A stretch of DNA of 64,000 nucleotides, from NCBI GenBank assembly GCA_963664115.2, contig CAXWPJ010000006.1, positions 192,001-256,000 on the forward strand, in the 5' to 3' direction. The notes beneath the pieces were generated by a model, which had not been told where the DNA came from, searched no databases, and saw only the letters and a program-made list of their open reading frames with translations. Origin of the DNA: Terriglobia bacterium (lineage in GTDB: Bacteria; Acidobacteriota; Terriglobia; 20CM-2-55-15). Each line of letters opens with the position of its first letter. Position 1 is the first letter of the stretch. Positions 57,328 through 64,000 of the stretch are shown here, piece by piece. The position numbers and the translations under genes were made by a program.

Positions 57328-58728
57328 CTAAGGCAGAACCGGCGCCACGTACTCCAGCGTGTAGTTGAATATCCATACCAGGAAGAGAACTATGGGTACG
57401 TGTACGACAAACTGCATCATCGAGTAGCCGACGATGTCCCTCGCCTTCAAGCCCAGGATTCCCAGCAGCGGCAACATCCAGAACGGATGGATCAGGTTGG
57501 CCAGTGCTTCGGTCGCGTTGTAGGTTTGGACCACCCAACCCAGATGGACTTCCAAGGACTTTGCGGCCTCCAGAACGTAGGGCGCTTCGATCAGCCATTT
57601 TCCACCTGCGGACGGTATGAACAAGCCGAGGAAAGCCGAGTAGATCCCCACTAGAATCGGGAAGGTGTGCCGGGTGGAAACGGCGACGAAGAACTGTGCC
57701 ATCTGTACTGCCAGACCCGACTCGGTCATGATCCTCACCATGCCGGCGTAGAGCGGGTACTGGACGAGGACTCCGGCCACGGATGGTACCGCTCCCGTGA
57801 CCGACTGCATGAATGAAACGGGCCGCCAGTGCAGCAAGAGCCCGGCGATCAAAAACAGGAAGATGTAGTGGTTTAATTCCAGCAGGATACCCGCGCCGTT
57901 TGCGCTCACTTCCGTGAACAGGTAGAGGATTCCGATGCTCGAGATCAGGACGGTCAGGAAGGGGCTGTACTCCAGCCATTCGCCTGCTTTCTGAGGCCGT
58001 ACCACCTCGGACGCAGCGGGTGTGTAGGTGACCCCCATGTCTTCCATGCTGCGTGCCTGTTTTTCGCCCGGAGCTGAGTAGTAGGCGATAACCATCGACA
58101 CGACAATCAAGATGACCGCAGTGGAGACGCTTTGCCACAACCCGATCGTCTGTCTGAGCGGTATAACGCCGCTGATGTCGGAGATCGACTCTGGCAGCGA
58201 GTCGGGTGCCGCCATGATCAGAGCCGCCGAGGACGTCAGTCCTAGCGCCCACACGCTGCCAATGCCCAGATAGCCGGCGGCGCCAATAGCGCGATAGTCC
58301 GCTCCGGGGACGCGGTGCGTCACTTCGCGAGCGAGGAGACCGCTAAAAATCAGACTGAAGCTCCAGGAGAGGCAGGAGGAGAGCATCGAAAACAGGGCAA
58401 CGAAGGCCGCGGCGCTTTTTCCGTCCCACGGTATGCCCGCTATCCGTTGGATAAAGGCGAACACCGGGGGTGAAGTGGCCACCGTATACCCGGTGATGAT
58501 GATCAAGGTCATCTGCATCGTGAAGGCGACCAGGTCCCAGAAACCCGCGCCAAACCAAACAGCAGTCTGAACAACCGAGTTGCCGATCAGTAGACTCGCT
58601 GCGAACACGATGGCTACTGCCAGAAGCGCCAGAGCAAACGCATCCGGGAACCAGCGTTCAAAGAAACCAGACAGTCTGAGGCCAATGACGGACAACCAGG
58701 ATCCGGTCAGGGGTTCATCAGGTTTCAT
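57328..58728 (-). CDS. atoE: short-chain fatty acid transporter (AtoE family)
   Basis: ERWFPDAF, GFWDL..FTMQM, DYRAIGAAGYLG, QYPLYAG, FIPSAGGKW.IEAP, NLIHPFWMLPLLG. Confidence 0.85.
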   Translation of the reverse strand: MKPDEPLTGSWLSVIGLRLSGFFERWFPDAFALALLAVAIVFAASLLIGNSVVQTAVWFGAGFWDLVAFTMQMTLIIITGYTVATSPPVFAFIQRIAGIPWDGKSAAAFVALFSMLSSCLSWSFSLIFSGLLAREVTHRVPGADYRAIGAAGYLGIGSVWALGLTSSAALIMAAPDSLPESISDISGVIPLRQTIGLWQSVSTAVILIVVSMVIAYYSAPGEKQARSMEDMGVTYTPAASEVVRPQKAGEWLEYSPFLTVLISSIGILYLFTEVSANGAGILLELNHYIFLFLIAGLLLHWRPVSFMQSVTGAVPSVAGVLVQYPLYAGMVRIMTESGLAVQMAQFFVAVSTRHTFPILVGIYSAFLGLFIPSAGGKWLIEAPYVLEAAKSLEVHLGWVVQTYNATEALANLIHPFWMLPLLGILGLKARDIVGYSMMQFVVHVPIVLFLVWIFNYTLEYVAPVLP

Positions 58729-58876
58729 AGGCGACAGATCATATCAAATCGTTGTTCCGTCCCAGCGGCCGGATCAAAGCGGTCGTGTGGCAAATTTGGA
58801 GCCCATGTTGATTACTGATAACTGACAGTCTATAGTTCAGTGCGGCAACCAGAGATGGATTTGACCCGAATTCGAT

Positions 58877-60052
58877 ATGAAACGTAGCGAGAACAGGTTT
58901 CTGACAACCCACACGGGGAGCCTCACTCGCCCCGCGGTGCTGGCGGAGTTTGCGCGCGCCCGCCAACAGGGGAACGTCAACGAGGGGGTGTACCGGAAGC
59001 AGCTCGCCGAATCCGTGACCGGCGTCGTCAGCCGGCAGGTTGAGGCCGGAATCGATGTCGTCAACGACGGCGAATTCGGCAAATCCACGAGTTGGTCGCT
59101 GTACGCTCTGAAACGTCTGGGCGGTATCGAATTGCGTCCGGCCGAGGCCGGTGGCAATCCCTTTGACAGGGGAGCCGAACGGCACTTGTTCAAGGAATTT
59201 TACGAAGACCTCGAGAGCAGCCACGACAGGAGGTGGTCGGTTGTGACCCGGTTCGACGCCGTGTGTGTGGCGCCGATTGAGTACACGGGTCTGGACGAAC
59301 TCAATCGCGATATCGGTAACCTCAAGGCGGCAATCGTGGGTCTGGATGTCGCAGAGGCGTTTCTGCCTGTTGCGGCGCCGGCAAGCGCTATTCCGGACCG
59401 CAAGAACGAATATTACAAGAACGATGAAGAGTGTGTTGTTGCGCTGGCGGAGGCTTTGCGAACCGAATACCGCGCGATTGTTGATGCCGGCTTCTTACTG
59501 CAGGTGGACGATGCCCGCGCCGCGGTGACCTATGACAGGATGGTGCCGCCGGCGAGTTTCGAGGAGTACTACACGTGGGTCGAACGCCATGTCGAGGTGC
59601 TGAACCACGCGCTCGAGGGGATTCCGGAAGACCGTATTCGCTACCATGTCTGCTGGGGCAGCTGGCCGGGTCCCCATGTCACCGACGTTCCGCTTGAAAA
59701 GATCGTCGACCTTGTTTTGAAAGTCCGGGCGGGCGCATACCTGCTGGAAGCCGCCAACGTACGCCACGAACACGAATGGCAGGTTTGGAAAGACGTGAAG
59801 CTGCCTGAGGGTAAGATACTGGTGCCCGGCGTGATCAGCCATAGCACCAACCTGGTCGAGCATCCAAAGCTCATTGCCGAACGCCTGCTCAGGTTTGCCA
59901 GTGTCGTCGGACGGGAGAACGTCATCGCGGGCAGCGATTGTGGTTTCGCACAGGAAGAATTCAATCAGAGGGTCCACCCCACGGTCATGTGGGCAAAGCT
60001 GGAGGCCATGGCGGAGGGTGCCAAGATCGCGAGCCGGGAACTTTGGGGCTAG
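58877..60052 (+). CDS. cobalamin-independent methionine synthase II / epoxyalkane:CoM-transferase-like Zn enzyme
   Basis: TTHTGSL.RP, GIDVVNDGEF.K, LQVDD, Zn ligands HVCWG...EAAN.RH.HE...SDCGF. Confidence 0.87.
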   Translation: MKRSENRFLTTHTGSLTRPAVLAEFARARQQGNVNEGVYRKQLAESVTGVVSRQVEAGIDVVNDGEFGKSTSWSLYALKRLGGIELRPAEAGGNPFDRGAERHLFKEFYEDLESSHDRRWSVVTRFDAVCVAPIEYTGLDELNRDIGNLKAAIVGLDVAEAFLPVAAPASAIPDRKNEYYKNDEECVVALAEALRTEYRAIVDAGFLLQVDDARAAVTYDRMVPPASFEEYYTWVERHVEVLNHALEGIPEDRIRYHVCWGSWPGPHVTDVPLEKIVDLVLKVRAGAYLLEAANVRHEHEWQVWKDVKLPEGKILVPGVISHSTNLVEHPKLIAERLLRFASVVGRENVIAGSDCGFAQEEFNQRVHPTVMWAKLEAMAEGAKIASRELWG

Positions 60053-60632
60053 CCGGCATGCTCGTCCGACTGAGACATTCAACGCAGACGCTTCGGACGA
60101 ACACCAACTCATCTGATTTGATGGACGGAAAGGGAAGCATCAACCCGGAGAATAAGGATCATGATGTGACCAAGGGGATTGGCATTTATTGGGGCCCGTC
60201 CGGGTCGGGCGCCATCACTGCCATCGACGGGGAACTTGAATTCTTCCACCTCGTTGTCCAGCAGATACCGGGGTAGACGTCCATTTCCTGAGCGTTACGC
60301 CCCTACCCTTAAAGGCGAGCGGTTTGAAGCGGCCTGCGGACCCTGCCGGCTGCCTACCCCCATCTATGGTTTCTCCTAGCTTATTTCTCAAGAGGAGCCC
60401 TGCATTTTAATGACACTGTAAATTGTTATTTTCAAGATGTTTGCGGCGTTATTTGGCTAGTTTTATTGGGGTCGGAAGGTCAGGAATCAAAGCAGGCACA
60501 CCCATTGGAGCGGGCGCTCATCGAGCGCGCCTTCCGAATGCAGATCGCGATGGATTTTGAAAGGTGCTTCCACCACTCTTTCATCTCCAAATGGCCTGCT
60601 TAAGAGAGGCTAAGAGTCCCGGAAAGTAGAGG

Positions 60633-60661
60633 TTGACTCGCCCATTGCGGCGGTATAGCAT
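60633..60661 (+). promoter_or_regulatory. sigma70-like promoter for the TonB receptor
   Basis: TTGACT-17 bp-TAGCAT about 90 bp upstream of the ATG at 60750. Confidence 0.45.
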
Positions 60662-60749
60662 TTCGCACTAAGTCTCGTCTCCTCACTGATAATGGGGGAG
60701 TTACGAGTGATTGAACCTTTTTCGTGTGTTTCGAGTGGAGGAAAACTCT

Positions 60750-63700
60750 ATGAAGCGACTAGTTACATGTCTTCTGGGTGTGGTCTTGATGACCGCGCTT
60801 GTATCCGTGCCAATGTTTGCGCAGGGTACAGCCCAGATTACAGGAACCATTTCAGACGCCACCGGCGCATTGTTGCCGGGCGTCGATGTGTCTGTGACGA
60901 ACACCGCGACGGGCGTGACCCGTGCGGTGGTCAGTAACGAAACCGGAGCCTATTCGTTGCAGAGCCTTCCGATTGGTGCCTACCAGTTGGAGGTGAGCTT
61001 GCCGGGCTTCCAGACCTTCGTGCAGACCGGCGTTTTGGCAGTCAATGACTCGGCCAATATCAATGTGAGCTTGCAGGTTGGCCAGGTGGCGCAGACCATC
61101 GAGGTTCAGGCCAATGCAGCCCTCGTTGAGACTCGTACGGTGGGTGTCGGCGAGCTCATTGAAAGCGCACGAATTCTGGAACTGCCCTTGAACGGCCGGA
61201 ACGTGACCGAGTTGATCGTGCTCTCAGGTGCCGCGGTGTCGACGGGGACGTCGTCTTCGCGGAGCATGCCGGGGCAGCAGGAGATTTCGGTTGCGGGCAG
61301 CCAGCAGGGCGCTGTGGCCTACCTGTTGGACGGGGCACCCCACAACAACTGGTACGACAATCTGGCATTGCCGCTGCCGTTCCCGGATGCGCTGGGTGAG
61401 TTCAAGATCGAAACCAGTGCGCTGCAGGCCCAGCAGGGACTGCGCTCGGGCGCGAACGTCAACGCCGTCACGCGCTCTGGAACGAACGAGTTTCACGGCA
61501 ACCTGTTCTGGTTCGTAAGGAATGACTTGTTCGGTGCCCGCGAGTATGGCGCCGCACGCAACAGTACGCTGAAGAGGAACCAGTACGGCGGGACCATCGG
61601 CGGACCGATCGCCCAGAACAAGCTGTTCTTCTTTACCGGCTACCAGGCCACGATCCAGCGGCGGGATCCCGGGACCACGGAACGTTACCTTCCGACGCCC
61701 TATGCATTATCCACAGGCGACTGGAGCAAGATGTTGGACCCAGGATGCAGACCGCCGACTTCGAGTCTGTCCTCGACGCTCGAAAATAGCACGACGGCGT
61801 CCGGCTATACCGGTGGCAACAAGATCGATCCGGCCTTGTACAGCCCGGTCGCGATGAATCTCATGAGTCGACTGCCGACCAACCTGACCGACGACTGTGG
61901 CCGTCTCCTGTTCGGCAACATTTTGCAGGACAACGACTGGCAGTTGGTCAGCCGCGTGGACTATCAGATGTCCGATTCCCACTCCATCCTGGGTCGTGTT
62001 CTGGTCACAACCGCGGATCGACCCAACCCGTATTCGATATCGGGCAATCCGCTGGCCAGCACCGTTGCTGGCTGGGATGACATGGCGCAGTCCATCACGT
62101 TGGGTGACACCTGGCTGATCAACCCGACAACGGTGTTGTCGACGCGTCTGGCGGTCAACTACAGCGAAATTTTACGTCTGGGCGCGGAATTCTTCAGCTG
62201 GGTCGATCTGGGCGTCAACAACTACTACACGTATCCCGACGTGGAGAAGTTCTTACGGATGGGCGCGGATGACGGCTTCTCGCTGGGCGGTTGTACGACC
62301 AATCCGGCGCCGTTTAAGACGTTCTCGGCCAGCATCAATTCCGACCTGAGTCTGTCCCGCGGCGACCACCAGTGGGGTTTGGGCGGATATTTCAATCGGC
62401 TGGACTCCAACGGATACGCCAACTGTAACTCGGCCGGGAACTTCGACTTTGAAGGGAACCACACCGGCTGGGGCCTGGCCGACTTGATGATCGGTCAGAC
62501 GAATGACTTCACGCAGGCGACGCCGAACACGGCGCTGTCGAAGAAGTGGGTCGGCGCACTATATGTGGCCGACACCTGGCGCCTGACGCCCAATGTGACG
62601 ATGAGTTACGGCGTGCGTTGGGAGCCCGATTATCCCGAGACGATCACGAACGACCGCATCGTCAAGTTCTCCCGGGCTGCCTTTGATGCCGGGACCAAGA
62701 GCTCGGTGTTCGTGAATGCGCCTGCGGGTATGTCCTTCGTGGGCGACTCCGGATTCCAGGGCACGAGCGGCCGGGACACGTTCGTTGCGAATTTCGCACC
62801 GCGGGTCGGTCTGGCATGGGACCTGTTCGGCGATGGCCGGACTTCGATCCGTGCATCCGGCGGGATCGGTTATGACTATCCCGACGGGCAGTTCCATCTG
62901 TGGACCTCCCTGACGCCGCCGTTCGGCGCGGACGTGAGGATTCCGAATGCGACCCTGGCCGATCCCTGGGCGACATTCCCCGGTGGGCGGACCCATCCGG
63001 TGAACACCACCGATCCCAACATCGGGTTCCCGCGGTTCCCGCGCATGTCGGCGATAGGAGATAACCTCCGGTCGTCGCAGACACAGAACTGGAACCTGGC
63101 CCTGCAGCAGCAGGTCGGGGGCGACTGGCTGATGTCGACGACGTACATGGGCAGCCACACCATCAACATGGCGGGGGCCACCCAGATGAACCCGGCGATT
63201 TACTTCCCGGGTGCGCCGGTGGACGGAGCGTGTACGGTCAGCCATTCCGGGGGGGTTATGATCCCGGCCGGAACTTACACGCTGAACACAGGCGGAGGCA
63301 GTTGCTCCACGAACGGCAATGTCAACAATCGGCGGATCCTGTCCCTGGTGGACGCCGCTAACGGACTCAATTATGGAGCTCTTGGCCTCACGCACAGCGG
63401 CGGGACGTCCAGCTACAACGGGCTGCTCGTCAGCATGCAGCGGCGCGCCGCTACAGGCATCAATATCAACACCAACTACACGTGGTCTCACTGCATCTCT
63501 CCGTATCACGATGATGGATTTGGCGGGACGGGTTTCAATGGAGACAACGTGTATCACGACCCGGACAACCGGGGCCGCAGCCGCGGGAACTGCCAGCAGG
63601 ACCGGCGTCACAACTTCACGTTCACGACCATCGCCCGCTCGCCTGAGTTTGCCAATGCCGGCCTCCGGGCGGTCGCTTCGGACTGGGGTTTGTCGGTGAT

Positions 63701-64000
63701 CTACCGCGCGAACTCGGGCAGCTATCTGAACATTCGGAGCGGTTCCCGGGATCTTGCGCGCAACGGCGTGAACCCGGGTAACCAGCTCGTGAACTACAAC
63801 GGTGGCACGACGACCGGGGACGACGGGCCGGACGGGCAGTACCTGGTCCCGGCAGCGTTCTCGAACGCTGCGAAGGGCACATTCGGCAACCTGGGCCGTC
63901 GCAGCGTCCGGGGACCGAAGCAGTGGGATTTCGACGTCGCGCTGGCCCGGACGTTCAATCTGGGTGAGACCGAGACGCTGGAATTCCGGCTCGAGGCCTA
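60750..64000 (+). CDS. TonB-dependent receptor (carboxypeptidase-regulatory N-domain, Oar-like), truncated by the window edge
   Basis: not in the ORF track because it lacks a stop in the window; GGAGG RBS; MKRLVTCLLG..MFAQGTAQITGTISDATGALLPG..ELPLNGRN..TRSGTNEFHG..NFAPRVGLAWD..FGNLGR..LEFRLEA; start and end are in the same frame. Confidence 0.9.
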   Translation, partial: MKRLVTCLLGVVLMTALVSVPMFAQGTAQITGTISDATGALLPGVDVSVTNTATGVTRAVVSNETGAYSLQSLPIGAYQLEVSLPGFQTFVQTGVLAVNDSANINVSLQVGQVAQTIEVQANAALVETRTVGVGELIESARILELPLNGRNVTELIVLSGAAVSTGTSSSRSMPGQQEISVAGSQQGAVAYLLDGAPHNNWYDNLALPLPFPDALGEFKIETSALQAQQGLRSGANVNAVTRSGTNEFHGNLFWFVRNDLFGAREYGAARNSTLKRNQYGGTIGGPIAQNKLFFFTGYQATIQRRDPGTTERYLPTPYALSTGDWSKMLDPGCRPPTSSLSSTLENSTTASGYTGGNKIDPALYSPVAMNLMSRLPTNLTDDCGRLLFGNILQDNDWQLVSRVDYQMSDSHSILGRVLVTTADRPNPYSISGNPLASTVAGWDDMAQSITLGDTWLINPTTVLSTRLAVNYSEILRLGAEFFSWVDLGVNNYYTYPDVEKFLRMGADDGFSLGGCTTNPAPFKTFSASINSDLSLSRGDHQWGLGGYFNRLDSNGYANCNSAGNFDFEGNHTGWGLADLMIGQTNDFTQATPNTALSKKWVGALYVADTWRLTPNVTMSYGVRWEPDYPETITNDRIVKFSRAAFDAGTKSSVFVNAPAGMSFVGDSGFQGTSGRDTFVANFAPRVGLAWDLFGDGRTSIRASGGIGYDYPDGQFHLWTSLTPPFGADVRIPNATLADPWATFPGGRTHPVNTTDPNIGFPRFPRMSAIGDNLRSSQTQNWNLALQQQVGGDWLMSTTYMGSHTINMAGATQMNPAIYFPGAPVDGACTVSHSGGVMIPAGTYTLNTGGGSCSTNGNVNNRRILSLVDAANGLNYGALGLTHSGGTSSYNGLLVSMQRRAATGININTNYTWSHCISPYHDDGFGGTGFNGDNVYHDPDNRGRSRGNCQQDRRHNFTFTTIARSPEFANAGLRAVASDWGLSVIYRANSGSYLNIRSGSRDLARNGVNPGNQLVNYNGGTTTGDDGPDGQYLVPAAFSNAAKGTFGNLGRRSVRGPKQWDFDVALARTFNLGETETLEFRLEA

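Noticed and set aside
1-64000. CRISPR array, prophage or integrase-bearing element
   Set aside because: No regularly spaced repeat-spacer array, cas, phage structural or tyrosine/serine recombinase genes were seen.

Overview
Chromosomal window most consistent with an Acidobacteriota-type genome. This is an inference from the carboxypeptidase-regulatory/Oar-type TonB receptor, the DUF1592/DUF1552 operon and many secreted TPR/ankyrin proteins. Bases 1-16.8 kb are mostly housekeeping: argF' (AOTCase), PhzF-like, serS, htpG, peptide ABC permeases, queC/queE, DinG, a JAMM protease with a ubiquitin-like sulfur carrier, der, MerR-like, tRNA-Pro(GGG), surE with an in-frame TGA, and tRNA-Pro(CGG). An IS6 element 14 bp after the second tRNA opens an accessory-looking region containing an aromatic acid MFS, amgK/murU, secreted repeat proteins and a promoter/terminator-bounded structured ncRNA candidate at 25.7-25.9 kb. 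From 29-47 kb lies a cluster of mostly exported, putatively redox-active proteins: DUF1592 di-heme protein, DUF1552, ankyrins, an IS256-disrupted cytochrome c, two DUF6152 proteins, two heme-c/lectin-like fusion paralogs around a flavin monooxygenase, and a PQQ dehydrogenase. An IS1380 sits inside this cluster. From 47-60 kb is a catabolic cluster: two MetE-like Zn enzymes, a Tat-signal ICL/PEPM-family enzyme, an enolase, a beta-hydroxyacid dehydrogenase, E1a/E1b/E2, a CoA-acylating ALDH and AtoE. A TonB-dependent receptor runs off the right edge. All calls come from motif reading by eye; no database searches were run.
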